A stretch of 64,000 bases of DNA, taken from Chiloscyllium plagiosum (taxonomy: Eukaryota). A program made the translations under genes and the position numbers. A model generated the notes under the pieces. It did not search any database. It had not been told where the DNA came from and was given only the letters and a program-made list of their open reading frames with translations. The stretch spans positions 13,413,058 through 13,477,057 of the forward strand of contig NC_057746.1 of the NCBI RefSeq assembly GCF_004010195.1, read 5' to 3'. This document shows positions 13,101-26,880 of this stretch, one piece after another; position 1 is the stretch's first letter, and each line of letters begins with the position of its first letter.

Positions 13101-14395
13101 CTATGATCTGCTTTTACAAAATGTAGCACCTCGCATTTACCTAAATTAAACTCCATCTGCCACTCCTCAGCCCATTGGCCCATCTGATCAAGATCCCGCT
13201 GTACTCTAAGGTAACCTTCTTCACTGTCCACTACATCTTCAATTTTGGAGTCCTTTGCAAACTTACGAACTATATTTCCTGTGTGCATATCCAAAGTATT
13301 TATAACATTGACAAAAAGCTTTGGATCCAGCACGATCCTTTGGCACTCCACTGGTCACAGGTCTCCAGTCTGAAAAGCAACCCTCGTCCATCACTCTTTG
13401 TCCTTTACTTTTGAGCCAGTTAAGTCTCCAAATGCTAGCTCTCCCTATAGACCTAGTTGAAGGAACTGAGGGCATTCTGGCTAAGTTTGCAGACAATACA
13501 AACATAGGTGGAGGGACAGATAGTATTTAGGAGATGGGGAGGCTGCAGAAGAATTAGGACAGGTTAGAAAAGTTGGGTGATGACATGGCAGATAGAGTAA
13601 AACATGGGAACGTGTGAAGTCATGCACTTTGTTTGGAAGAATAGAGGCATTGACTACTTTCTAACTGGGGAGAAAATTCAAAACTTTGAAGTGCAAAAAG
13701 ACTTGGGAATTCGAGTCCAGGATTCTCTCAAGGTAAACTTGCATGTTGAGTCAGTAGTTAGGAAAACAAATGCAATGATGGCATTTATTTTGAGAAGTCT
13801 TGAATATAAAAGCAGGGATGTACTTCTGAGTCTCTATAAGACTCTGGTCAGACTACAATTGGAGTATTGTGTGCAGCTTTGGTCCCCCTATGTCAGGATG
13901 GATATACTAACCCAGTAGCGTATTCAGAGGAGGTTCACGAGAATGGTCCCAGGACTGAAAAGCTTAACAAATGAGGAATGTTTGAGGATTCTGGGTCTAT
14001 ACTCAATGGAGTTTAGATGAATGAAACGTACAGAATACTGAATGCCCTGGACAGAGTGGGAAGATATTTCCATTGGCAGGAGAGACTAGGACCTGAGGGC
14101 ACAGCCTTAGAGTAAAACGAAGACCTTTTCGAATGGAGATAAGGTGGAACCTCTTTAGCCAGACAGTGGTAAATCTATAGAATTCAGTGCCACAGCAGGT
14201 TGTGGAGGCCAGGTCATTAAGTATATTTAAGACTGAGATAGATAAGTTCTTGAGTATCAAGAGGATCAAGGATTATGGGGGAAATGTGGGAGAATGGGCT
14301 TTAGAAACATATCAGCCATGATTGAATGGTGGGGCAGACACGATGGATTGAATGGCCTAATTTCGGGCTCTTATGTCTTATGGTCTTACTGTCTT
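10170..14395 (+). mobile_element. Composite CR1: host copy (10170-10905, 12014-12352, 13450-14395) interrupted by other CR1 copies
   Basis: APE (IMGDLNMKVEW), RT (SQHGFIKGRSYLTN...KAFDKVSH) and TCTTATGG-type tail stay in order across the interruptions; a different subfamily occupies 10906-12013. Confidence 0.85.
12353..13420 (-). mobile_element. CR1 3' fragment, inverted, nested
   Basis: Minus-strand ORFs DQMGQWAEEWQMEFNLGKCEVLHF and LYRTLVRPLLEY. Confidence 0.9.
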
Positions 14396-14599
14396 ATTCC
14401 CTCAGTACTGACCCTCTGACAGTGTGACAGTGTCCTCTCTCAGTAGTGACACTGTGGCAAGAGGAAGTAATGGTGCAGTGATCTAGTCGCTGGCCTGTTC
14501 ATCCAGAAACTCAGGTAATGTTCTGGGTCCTCATGTTCAAATCTCAGGTGATGGTGGCATTTGATTGGAAAGCATTGTTGGCCATTATCGATTGTCATA

Positions 14600-15300
14600 A
14601 GTCCTTTGAGTCTTCCAACACGGCGTCATGCCAGTGATCTTCCCAAACTGAGCTCATCCCACCTGCTTGCATTTGGCCCACATCCCCCCCAGACATTTGT
14701 TATTCATGTACTTATCGAAATGTTGTAATTGTACCCACATCCACCACTTCCTCTGGAAGTTCATTCCACGTACAAACTCTTCTGTGTCTAAAAAATGTTT
14801 TCCTGAATGTCTTTTTTCAATATTTCTCCTCTCACCTCAAAAGTATGTCCCCTTGTCTTGAAATTCCTACCAGAGAGAAACTCTACCTCCTGTAGACCTT
14901 ATTTATATCCCTGATGATTTTATAAAAGTCTATAATGCCACTCTAAACCTTCTGTGATTGATTTAAAACTTCCTAGCTTGTCCAGCCTCTCCTTAGAATT
15001 CAAACCCTGCAATCCCAGGAACATCGTGGGAAATCTCTTCTGAACCCACTCAGTTTAAATATATCCTTCCTACAACAGGGTGACCAGAACTGGGCACAGT
15101 ACTCCAGAAGAGGCTTCACCAATGTCATGTACAACCTCCACATGACTTCCCAATTCCTATACTCAAAGGTCTGGGCAATGAAGACAAGTGTGCCAATTGC
15201 CTTCTTGCCACCCTGTCGACATTTGATACAAGCTTCAAATTATATACATGAACCCTGAGGTCTTTCTGTTCTTCCTAAAGCCTTACTTTTAATTGTATAC
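14600..15300 (-). mobile_element. Degraded CR1 3' fragment
   Basis: Reverse complement matches the CR1 3' region (cagaactgggcacagtactcc). Confidence 0.8.
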
Positions 15301-15339
15301 TGTTCAGAAAAGATTTACAAACAAGCCATTCAGTTTTAA

Positions 15340-17545
15340 TAATGGCTACAAAGTGTCAACAGTGAAATGAAACCAAAGAAATGGCTGAGGAACTCAATAA
15401 GTACTTCACGTCAGTCTTCACGATGGAAGGCAGAGTAATATCCCAAACATTCAAGAGAGTTTATTCGATAATCTGGATAAAGGAACCAAGGGTATTCTGG
15501 CTAAGTTTGCATTTGATACAAAGATAGGTGGAGGGACAGGTAGCATTGAGGAGGCGGAAAGGTTGCAAAATGATTTGGAGAGGTTAGGAGAGTGGGCAAA
15601 GGAGTCGCAGATGGACTACAATGTGGGAAAGTGTGAGGGCATGCACTTTGGTAGGAAGAATAGAGGCATGCAGTATTTTCTAAATGAGAAAATTCAGAAG
15701 TCTGAAGTTGAAAGAGATTTGGAGTTCAGGATTTTCTCAATGTAAACTTGTAGGTTGAGTCAATAGTTAGGAAGGGAAATGCAATGATGACATTTATTTT
15801 GAGATGACTTAAATATAGAAACAAGGATGTACTTCTGAGAATCTATAAGGCTGTAGTCAGACCACATTTTGAGTATTGTGTGCAGTTTTGGGCTCCGTAT
15901 CTCAGGAGGGATGCATTGGCCCTGGAGCATGTTCAGAGGAGGCTCACGAAAATGATCCCAGGAATGAAAAGCTTAACATATGAGGAACGTTTGAGGACTT
16001 AGGGCCTGTATTCAATGGAGTTTAGAAGGACAAGGGATGTTCTAATTGAAACATATAGAATACTGAATGGCCTGGACAGAGTAGATGTTGGGATGATGTT
16101 TACATTGGTAGGAAAGACTAGGATCCGAGGACTCAGCCTTAGAGTAAAGAGAAGACCTTTTAGAATGGAGATAAGGAGAAACTTCTTTAGTCAGAGGGTG
16201 ATGAATCTATGGAATTCACTGCCACAGAAGGCTATGGAGGCCAGGTCATTGAGTATACTTAAGAATGAAATAGATAGGTTCTTGAGTATCAAATGTTTCA
16301 AGGGTTATGAGGAGAAGGCGGGAGAGTGAGGTTGGAAAACTGATCAGCCATGATTGAATGGTGGAGCAGACTAGATGGGCCAAATGACCCGATGTCTTCT
16401 GGTCTTATGGAAATCAGATGAATCAGCTTGCATTCGCTAAGGCACTAAAAAAGACAATGGTAGAAACAGTCCTGTCAACCTTGCAAAGTCCTGCCTTACT
16501 GCCATTTCTTGGGGTGGGGTGGGGAGGGGGAATGGAATAAAAATAATGCCTCCAAGTTTGCAGATGATCAAAGCTGGGTGGGAGGGTGAATTGTGAGGAG
16601 TATGCTGAAAAGCTTCAGTCTGATGTGGACAAGTTGAGTGAGTGGGCAATGCATAACAGATGAAGTATAATGTGGGGATAAATGGGAGGTTATCCATTTT
16701 CGGAACATATAGGAAGACAGATAACTATCTGAATGTGTTGATAAATTGGGAAAGGGGGTCTTGGTGACCTTGTACACCAGTCGCTGAAGGTAAGCATGCA
16801 GGTGCAGCAAGCAATGAAGGAGGAAATGGTGTTGGGTTTCATTGTGAGGGGTTTCAGGTTAATGAGCCTTGATGAGACAACACCCTGGAGTATTGTGTCT
16901 CATTTTGCACTCCTTACCTGAGGCAGGATGTTCGGTATGTGGAGGAAGTGTAACAAAGGCTTACCAGACTGATTCCTGGGATGGCAGCCTAATGTAAGAA
17001 GTGATGTTGGATTGGTTAGGATAATATTTCCTGGAGTTTTGAAGAATGGGCGGGGCTTAAAATTCCAGACCAAAGTTAGCTATGGATCAATTTCAGGTAC
17101 GTGGGTTTAGTGTAGTTTGATATTCATTGGTTCACAGTGACATAATGGGCTGCAGGGCTTGCTCCTCTGCTGTGTGACACTGGGATTCCACATCATAGAA
17201 GTTTATAAAGTTCTAACAGGACTAGATAGGGTAATGTGGGAAGGATGCCACCAATGACCAGAACAGGGGTCACAGTCTAACAATATTTAGGGACTAAGAT
17301 AAGGGGAAATTTCTTCACCCAGAGAATGGTGAGAATGTGAAATTCTCAGCCACAGAAAGTGATTGAAGCCGAACATTGAATGTTTTCAAGAAAGAGTTGG
17401 GTATCATTCTTAGGGTGAAAGGGATGAAGGGAAATGGGGAGAAATCAAAAACAAGGTACGGAATTGAATGATCATCCATCATCATAATAAATAACAAAAC
17501 CGACTCAAAGGGCTGATTGGCCTATTCCTGCTTCTATTTTCGACG
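15340..17545 (+). mobile_element. Two successive CR1 3' fragments
   Basis: LQNDLERLGEWAK..QM.YNVGKC..MHFGRKN; RRNFFSQRVMNLWNSLP; a second, older copy at 16550-17545. Confidence 0.85.
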
Positions 17546-17715
17546 TACTTGGGTAAAGAGGGAGAAAATATATTTTGAGGGTAAACTAGCAAGTAGTGTA
17601 AAAATGGATAGTAAGGTTCTTTAAATATATAAAAGACTCAAGCCAAAATTGGTGCCTTAGAGAATGAGGCTGAGGAAATAATATTTGGGAAACAGGAAAT
17701 GGTAGAGGAGTTTAA

Positions 17716-18000
17716 TACAGAGGAATCTCGATTATCCAAACGAGATGGCGGGCACAATTTCATTCGGATAATTGATTATTCGGTTAATCAATTCAATGCC
17801 GTTCCTCTGGGGCTCAGAGTTTTCTCTGAAGTCTGCTGCCTGTTCAGGAGACTAGCAGCAGCACAGTGCGCGTGAGGTCCCGCCCACCCCAACACTGTTC
17901 AACACCGCCCCACTGCCTGCTCCCCCGTCTGCCTCCAACACGGCCCTCCTCACCCACCACCAAACCCCATCCATAAGCCCTTCATCACAGATTGAATACT
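17716..18000 (+). mobile_element. Tc1/mariner-pogo (Tigger-like) non-autonomous element, left end
   Basis: TA + CAGAGGAATCTCGATTATCC terminus with internal GGATAAT/ATTATCC repeats, interrupting a CR1 that resumes near 19217; right end uncertain (aggttcctgta at 18531-18541 is a candidate). Confidence 0.55.
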
Positions 18001-18734
18001 GTGTGCATTACTGGTGTGGGAAAAGATCTGCCACCCTGCCTACCCATAATAGGCCCACACAGAACATAGGAAAGTAAACTTGGCCAAACTATACCAAAAA
18101 TACCACCTAGAATGCCTCAGCAGGGATCAAACAGGCTGACAATTGAAACCAGACAGCACTCGCAGACAAGGGAACACACTTCCCAAAACCCACTAACAAT
18201 ACCAGATCAACCACAGCTGTCCCAAAGCCCTGAGGGCAGTCTCATAACACAGCAGTACCAAAGCCACACAAAGAACAGGTCAGACAGAGAGGCACCACCA
18301 AGGACATTGCTCCCTGGACAAGACAATGGGAGCACCTTACTGTTTCAAAACAGACAGTCTCACCTACCTGCAAAGAGAACTGGAATGTCCTGATCCCATT
18401 GATACTGTCAGGATGTTGCATTGTATCGAGAATCAGGATATTCATCCGATAACTGTTTTTCAATTATCATCATTGTAACTATATTACTCCATTTCCAAAC
18501 ACATTGTATCTTTCCACATTTTAATGTACAAGGTTCCTGTAAAAGCTGGCTTCATCCTCAACTCGAAGAGGAGAACTCTTGAACTACCCGTACAGACTGC
18601 AAGTTCTGTGTCAGCCTAGTCAATTTCTCTTCCAGCAATATCCCTAGTACTAAATAGCATGTCAATTTCACCCGATCTGCTTTGTGTGGTCTCTGCTGTA
18701 TTGGGCTTATTTTTCCGATAACTGGTCACCACAC

Positions 18735-20745
18735 TATTAGTCAGATATGATTACACTGGATGGGATGCAAAGAAGATTCACCAGAATGTTGCCTGGGATG
18801 GAAAGTTTCACTTATAAGGACAGACTGGATAGGCTGGGATTGCTTTCCCTGGAGCAGAGCAGGCTTAAATGAGTATCTCAAATTATGAGAGGCATACAGA
18901 GGGTAGATTGTGAGAGCCTTTTCCCAGTAGCAGATGTGTCTCAAACCACAGGGCACAGATTTAAAGTGAGAAGCAAGTGGTTTAGAGGAGATCTGAAAAC
19001 ATTTCTTTTTCACACAGAGGGTGGTAGATGGAACATGCTGTTAAGAGATTGCTGGTACTCTTGCAATATTTAACCAACATCTGGTTGAGCACCTAAAATG
19101 CCAAGGCATAGAAGACTGTGGACCAAGTGCAAATAATTGGGATTAGTGTAGTTTGGTGTCTTTTGGTTAGCATAGACCTGGTGGGCCGAAGGACCTGTTT
19201 CTCTGTGATATGACTCTAAGTGCACTGCATCAGTTTTAACAGTAGAAAATGAAATGGCATTTTTAAAAAAAAGGGATAAAAGAGCAGCCAAGGAAATGAA
19301 TTCAATAACTATCACTACAGAGCGAGTGCTAGGAAAACAAATGGCTTTAAAGGCTAAACAGTCTTCTGGATCCAATAGGTTGTATCCAAGGATATTCAAG
19401 GGCGAACTCCAATATAACACCCTTATTCAAAAAGGGAGGAAGAGAAGAACACAGGTAACTATAGATCAGTTAGCTTTACATTTGTTATTGGGAAAATGTT
19501 CAAGTCTGCTCTAAAGGATGTATTAGCAGAGCATTTTGAAATGCAAAATATAATCAAGTGGAGTCTTCATGGTTTCATGAAGGAGAAATCCTACTAGGAT
19601 TCTTTGAGGAGGTAACAAGAAAGATAAATAAAGGAGGAGTAATAGATTTAATATATTTGAATTTCCATAAGTTTTTCAATAAGACATTGTATATAAGGAG
19701 TATTAACACAATGGCTTCAGATTCTGGTGTTGGAGATAGGATAGTAGCATAGACAGAGATTGGCTAACTAATAGAAGACAGATAGTTCAGATAAAGGTGT
19801 CACTTTCAGGATGGAAACCTGTAACTACAGATGTGCCATCGGGCTCAGTGCTGGGACCATAATTATGAGCTGATGCCTTAATTAATGAAAGTGAATGTAC
19901 TATAGCCATGTTTGCAGAATATACAAAAATGGGTGTGGGGGAGGCAAGTGATATGAATGACACAATGAGTCTGTAGGGGACGTAGACAGATTAAGTGAGT
20001 GGGCCGAATTGGCAGATGGGGAAATGTGAGATTGTGCACTTTGTCATACGAATAGAGAGTCTAAATATTACTTAAATGGTAAAAAAATTCAGAAAATTCC
20101 AGCTTAGAGGGATTGTGAGTTCTTGGATATAAATTACAAACAGCTAGCATCCAAGTTCACTGGGAAATAGGGAAAGCAAATTAATACATGCCTTTACTTC
20201 AAAGGGAATGAAGGATGATTTAGCTAAAACAATACAAGGCACTAGTCAGACCTAGAGTATTGTGAACAATTTTGGTTCCCTTTCAAAGGAAGTCTAGAGA
20301 AGGTTCACTACGTTGATCTAGATATGGAGGGGCAGTCTTACAACAAGAGATTGAGTAGGTTTGGTCTGTACTTATTTGAGTTCAAAAGAATGGGAGTTAA
20401 CCTTACGAAACATATAAGATTTTTAGAGCACCTTACAGTGTAGATGCGAAAAGATTGTTTCCACTTGTGGGAGAGTGTCGTATCGGGGGCAGCATCGCAA
20501 ATTAAAGAGTTTCTTCTCTCAGAGGATCATGGATATATGATAGTCTTTACCACAGATGTCTGGCGAAAATAGATCATTCAAGTGTATTCAAGGCTGCAAG
20601 AGGCAGGCTTTTAAACAATAAGTGAATGAAGAGCTATGGGGAAAGGGCAGGAAGATGCAGCTGAGGATTCAGATCAACCACGACGTCATTGCATGGCAGA
20701 GGAGACCCACTGTTCCAAATGATCTATATCTTATCGTCTTACATT
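18735..20745 (+). mobile_element. CR1 fragments (3' end 18735-19216; older ORF2 remnant 19217-20745)
   Basis: Colinear with CR1 RT and C-terminal motifs; many stops. Confidence 0.8.
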
Positions 20746-20809
20746 CTAATATTGTGAGATAGTTTGCTGTGAAGGTCATATTTCTGCAATAGCCATTTAA
20801 GCAACTCTA

Positions 20810-21310
20810 TGATGGAACGGCAGTTGACCAGGTCGGATTCGTCCTCTTTTTTATTTAGAGGACGTGACTGGGAAATTTTCCACATTTTCAGGCAGATGCC
20901 AGTGCTGTATTGGAACAACTTGGCTACGGGAGAGGCAAATTCTGGAGCAAATGTATTTCAGTACTACTGATGGAATGTTGTCAGGGCCTGTAGCCTTTGC
21001 ATTATCCAGTGTCTCCAACTGTTTCTTGTTGCTGGTAGGTTGGACAAGATTGGGTTGGGATATCTGGTCGACATGGACGGGTTGGACCGAAGGGTCTGGT
21101 TCCATGCTGTACATCTCTATGACTCTATGACTCTATATCACATGGAGTGAACTGAATTGGCTGAAGACTGGTATCTGTAATGCTGGATCATCTATTCAGC
21201 ACTACTGACTGAAGATTGCTGTGAATGCTTCAGCCTAGTCGTTTGCACCGATGTGCTGGGCTGTTCCACCATTGACTTTGGGGATATCTGTGTAACCTCT
21301 TCCTCCAGTG
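20810..21310 (-). mobile_element. LINE pre-RT fragment with a CR1 3' tail (21030-21135) inserted
   Basis: KQLETLDNAKATGPDNIPSVVLK on the minus strand. Confidence 0.75.
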
Positions 21311-22313
21311 TTCATAAGAGTTCATAAGATTTAGAAACAGAATTAGGCCATTCAGTCCATCGATCCAGATCTGCCATTTGATCATGGCTGATATACTCTT
21401 CACCCACATTTTCCTGCCTTCTCCCCATATCCCTTCACCCCATTACCAATTAAAAATCTGTCTAACTCAACCTTAAATTTACTCACTGTCCCAGCATCCA
21501 CCACACTTTGGGGTAATGAGTTCCACAGATTCACAGATACTTGGGAAAAGTAGTTTCTCCTCAACTCTGTTTTAAATTTGCTACTCCTTATCCTAAGTCT
21601 ATGACCTCTCATCCTAGGATGCCCCACAAGAGGGAGCATCCACTCCAAGTCTATTTTTATCCACACCTTTTATCATCTTGAATTTGATCTCTCCTCATTC
21701 TTCTAAATTTCAGAGAGTATAGGCCTAAACAGTTCAATCTCTGGGATCAATCTTGTGAACCCTCCTGGGAACTGCCTCCAATGCCACTACATCTTTCCTC
21801 AAATAAGGACAACAAAACTGTGCACAGTAACTCCAGGTGGAGTCTCACCAATACCTTGTACAGTCACAACAATACTTCTTTCCCTTTATATTCTATTCCC
21901 TCAGCTATAAAAGCCAATAATCTATTTGCTTTCTTTATTATCTGCTATACCTGCACATTAGTTTTCCATGACTCGTGAACGAGTATACCTCGATCTTTTT
22001 GCACTGAAGCACTCTAAAATCTTTCCCCATTTAGATAATGATTTGCTTTCCCATTTTTTTGACTAAAATGTATGATCTCACCCTTATCCATGTTAAACTC
22101 CATCTGCCTAATTTTGGCCCACTCTCCAAACCGATCTATATCCATTTCTAAGGTTCTTATTTCCTCACTGCAATTTACCATCCTGTCTATTTTTGTATCA
22201 TCTGCAAATTTGACTATAAAGCCTTCTATCCCTTTATCCAAGTCATTAATATAGATTGTAAATTACTGAACCCTGTGGCAGGACTGAACCCTATGGCACC
22301 CCACTTCTTATAT

Positions 22314-22562
22314 AGATTACTTAGATTACTTACCGTGTGGAAACAGGCCCTTCAGCCCAATAAATCCACACCGACCCGCCGAAGCGCCACCCATCCAGAC
22401 CCATTCCCCTACATTTACCCCTTCACCTAACACTACGGGCAATTAGCATGGCCAATTCACCTAACCTGCACATTTTTTTGTATTGTGGGAGGAAACCAGA
22501 GCACCAGGAAACCCACGCAGACACGGGGAGAATGTGCAAACTCCACATAGAGTTGCCTGAGG
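22314..22562 (-). mobile_element. HE1-like V-SINE, 5' truncated
   Basis: Reverse complement of the central domain gtggagtttgcacattctccccgtgtctgcgtgggtttcc and of the CR1-like tail. Confidence 0.88.
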
Positions 22563-23464
22563 TGGGAAAGAAACATCTTACCATCCAGAAAAAAAAACAT
22601 TTATCCTGACTCTCTGTTTTCTGTCCATCAGCCAGTCATCTATTCAGGCTAATAAATTACCCCTAATCTTATCTGATTCAACCTTGTGAATTAAACTTTT
22701 GATATATTACATCTGCAGCATCCCCATTATCCACCTTGCCTGTTTCACCTTTGAAGAACTCTAGCAAGTTAGTCAAACATGATTTGCCCTTCATAAACCC
22801 ATCCTGACTCTGATGGATAGCATTTTGACTTTCCAAATGTTTTGATATTGTTTCCTTGATAATGATTCTAACACTTTCCAACAACAGATGTTAAACTAAT
22901 TGGTCTGTAATTTCCCACATATTGCCTCCTTCCTTTTTGAATAAGGACGTTATATTAGCCATTTTCTAATCCACTGTATCCTTTTCTGTGTCCAGAGAAA
23001 TTTTGGAATATTGTAATCAATGGATCTACTATCTCTGCTGCCACCTCCTTTAATAACCTAGGATGTAGGCCATCAGGCCAGGGTGACTTGTCTGTCTCCA
23101 ATCCTAATATTTTGGTAAGTCATTTTCCCTGTCAATGTTGATTGTTCTGAATTCTACCTTATCTGTTGCCTCTGACTTGCCTGTTCCACCAGGAATGGTA
23201 TGTTTGTCCTCCACCATGAAAACTGAGGCTAAGTATTGATTTAGAATCTCTCCCATTTCAGTGTTCCCCACTATTAACTCTCCGGTTTCATCTTCCAAGG
23301 GGCCAACATTTGCATTAGCATTCTCTTTCCTTTTATATACGTATAGAAACTTTTGATACCCTTTTGTGCTAGTTTTTTTGTAATTTATCTTAGGTATCGT
23401 TATTAAGTTGTTAGTATCCCTTTGTTTATATTTGAAAGTTCCCAATCATTCATCCTACCATTGG

Positions 23465-23575
23465 TAAAGAGTGTGGTGCTGGAAAAGCACAGCTGGTCAG
23501 GCAGCATCCTAGGAGCAGAAGAATCGACATTTCGAGCATAAGCTCTTCATCAGGAGTGGAGTCCTCACTTTCTCC
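23465..23575 (-). mobile_element. Penelope terminal repeat (family A) with hammerhead motif and short inverted end
   Basis: 14-bp duplication catcctaccattgg (23451-23464 / 23576-23589); CTGATGA-A-GAGC-TTAT-GCTC-GAAA-TGTC. Confidence 0.85.
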
Positions 23576-25064
23576 CATCCTACCATTGGCCTTTGCTATC
23601 TGGTACACTTTAGTTTTGACTATATATTGTCTTTGACCATCTTGTTTAGCCATGGATATTGGTTAACCCCCTTACCATCTTTCTTTCTCACTGGGACACA
23701 TTTTAGTTGTGAGGAATTGAGTAGCTCCTTAAACAATTGCCACTGTTCATCCACTGTCTTACCTTTTAGCCCTGCCACCCAATCTACTCAGGCCAAATTT
23801 GTCCTCAAGCCTATGTAATTTCCTTTGTAAATTCCAGAACACTATTGTGGGACTCCACTTTTTCACCCCCAAACTGAATTTAGAATTCTATATTATTATG
23901 GTCACTACTCCCTCGCGGATCTTAACTATGATGTCATCAATTGATCTCTCCTCATTATACAATACCAAATCCAGAGTACCCTGCTCCCTGGTTGGTTCCA
24001 CTGCTCCAAGAATCAATCAGTATCAGATGCATCAGTAACAGGTGGATAAATAAGGGCATGGTATATCGGTACCAGAGAATTGGAGGAATGTTTAGAAAAG
24101 GGGTGCAGTGATAAATATGACCATTTCAGGACATTCAGTCAGCCTTAAAATACATTTTTAGAGTCTGTAATCTGGAACCAAAACTGTTCACAGTATTTCA
24201 GCTGTTGACTGACTATTGTCTTGTACATTTGAGCCAAATCTCCCTACTTTTACACTGCACTTCCTTTGAAAGAAAATGTCACAATCTTCATTAACCTCTT
24301 CCACCATATTTCCTTCTATCTATTACTACAACAAATCTTTTGCTAAATCACTCACATAAATCCTTACAAACTCCCAACTCCCCAGTCTTTACTTTCCATT
24401 AGTCATAGCATTTCTGTAACAGCTACTCTGTCTCATTGAAATTGACAGTAAATGCTTAGAGGATATTTTTCCTCTTGGGAGATTCTAGGACCTGAGGGCA
24501 TAATCTCAGAATAAAGCGGTGTTAATTTAAGACAGAGATAAGGAGGAATTTCTCCACTCAGTCATGCGTCTTTGGAACTTCTTTCCACAGAGAACTATGG
24601 GTGCAGTATCCTTCTAAATATTTAAGTCTGAGATAGATTCTAGGTCAGTTGGGGAAATTGAGAGTTATAGGGAAAGGGCAGGAGAGTGGATGCATGGCAT
24701 GTCAGATCAGCCACAATCCTATTGAGTGGTGGAGTAGGCTTAAGAGGCAAAATGGCTTACTCCTGTTCCTATTTCTTATAGTTTTATGGTCTTATTTTCT
24801 TTAGATAACGTCAGCTTCAGTAAATCCTTTCCTTCTTTCCTACCAGCAAATGATATCGTTATGATTTGTGTTCATTGAAGTCCAAGATCACATATTTGAA
24901 TGTTTCTGGTGCACAACTAGATCTTTTTTAAACCACTTCTCCTGCCGCTCCTCCCTTCAACCTGAACTGCAAATCAAGAATAAGCTCTCAATCCTTGCTC
25001 CATTATCTCATGAAACCCCTCTTGCCTGTTCCCTCAACAACAACAACTGTCAGGAGTTAAACAA

Positions 25065-25180
25065 ATAACCCAAAGAACTGCAGAGGCTGGAAATCCCAAA
25101 CAAATACAGAATGCTGGAGAAACTGCATCTGTGGAGAGAAAGCAGAGTTAACATGTTGAGTATAATGACACTTCTTCAGA
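25065..25180 (-). mobile_element. Penelope terminal repeat (family D), degenerate
   Basis: aactgcagaggctggaaatc...gagagaaagcagagttaacatg...cttcttcaga; related pieces at ~705-770, ~54335-54410 and ~54975-55085. Confidence 0.6.
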
Positions 25181-25189
25181 TACAAAGTG

Positions 25190-26880
25190 TAAGGAATTTA
25201 TGGATTCTCAGTCAATGCTATTCTAACTGCTGCCTCTACTACTTTCCACCTGCCCTCTAACCTGCCAGATAACACTCCTTCCCCAGCTCTAAATATGTAG
25301 ACTTCTCTAGACGCTCTCCATTTGCTCTAAACTTTTCTCCAAGTTTATCTTATCTATGTAATCCAATTTATGTTTATGTGACCCCATTCCATGAAACTGC
25401 TGACCATATGATAGTTTTCTAGATCCATTATCAACAAATATAATTCTCCTCTCAAAAATATGCAGTTATTATACTCCTAGTAACAAAACCAGTGCCCAAT
25501 GTCAAACCTCCCCTTTCTCTAAAATTGCTCAATGTATTGTAATTTCCCAAATTCAGGTACATCTTTTCACTAATTCCAGTTGGCTTCCTGCCCTGCCACA
25601 ATACTGAAATAGCCCATATTCTTGGTGTCTGAGTGGGCTACAATATTGCACATTATCCCCTTCATCACAGTTAATTGAACAGCCCTGCTCCAACACTTCT
25701 TATCTAATCACCATATCAGTCAGTGTGCCCTCACCTGTTTCACTCTTACCTGTCTGGTCACAGACCAATCTGACCTGTAGCACATTGTTACTGACCTATA
25801 CTCACTGAGAATCCCCAAAGAGACCTCCAAATGTATCTTTGAGCATGGAATTAGATTCAACAAAGATATAACACAAAAATCTCTGACATCTCTCTTGATC
25901 CATTACTGCTGATTTATTTATTAGACTGTTTCTCCAAGAAACATTCTTGGATCAGTAACAATTTCCTCCTGTTACATATTGGAAAGATCAAAGATATCAA
26001 TTCTTGGTCTTAAACACAATTCCTGGGCTTGTCACCAATTTTGTTCCCTTCCCTGACTGTGGTCTCAGGTTGAACAGGATTGTTTGTGGTCCTGTGTTGA
26101 GCATCTGAGTGACTCAGTTGTTTGTACTTGTACATTAAAGTTCAATTCCAGAATATCAAAAAACAGACACACCAGTGGAGTGTTGAAAAGATCTGCCGTT
26201 TGGATGTGATGTTAATGCCTGACCCCACATGCTTGACCAATTGAATGTAAAGATCCCAATGAACCACCTCAAAAATAAAACGTCAAAAGTAATTCCTGGT
26301 GTTATCCTTGGCCAATATTTATCTCTCCACCAACATGAAAAAAAAACACTACCAGGTCATGGTCACATTGCTATTTGAGAGTTTGCAGAGTGCAAATTGG
26401 TTTCACACAAATATAACAGTGTGATGGAAGTGGAGTATCTCCTGTTGGAAAGGGCCTCGTGGAGTCTCTTTCAGATTGCAATCATCACCCACTGGAATTG
26501 AGATACAAGTTTCAGCTCTTTTTAATACCACTTCATTTCAAATTAAGGCATCTCAGGCCTACAATATAACAGTGACTGCATATCGAACCTACTCCAATAG
26601 CTATAAAGCCTTTTGAGATGTCTGATGGCAATGAGAAGCACAATATAAATCTCATTGGCTACGTCTAACTACCAATACTTAGCTCATCTACCACTGAAAC
26701 CCTCACCTGTGCTTTCATCAGATTGGAGTATTTCATTGCTCTCCATCTTCCACTCTTCACAAAATGTCAGTTTATCCAAAATATAGCTGTCCTGAGGAAC
26801 CTTCCCAACAACTTCTGTTCCTGTTCCTTATTTCTGACACTTTCCAATAATGTATTCTTATTCTCCTATTTCTTATCGCT
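25190..26880 (+). mobile_element. Old L2-clade LINE RT remnant
   Basis: ttccagttggcttcctgccctgccacaatactgaaatagccc resembles QSGFRPCHSTETAL; pyrimidine-rich L2-like composition. Confidence 0.65.
26110..26650 (+). mobile_element. DeuSINE (SacSINE1/AmnSINE1-like), degraded
   Basis: tgtaaagatccca...ttggccaatatttatctctccaccaacat...ggtcatggtcacattgctatttg...tgcaaattgg...acagtgactgca...caatataaat matches the Deu-domain order as recalled. Confidence 0.7.

Larger units (their letters stand above)
21312..24000 (-). mobile_element. CR1 LINE ORF2, disrupted
   Basis: Minus ORFs VGPLEDETGELIVGNTEM, SQDGFMKGKSCLTNLLEFF, KFADDTKI, RRNYFSQ..VNLWNSLP. Confidence 0.92.
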
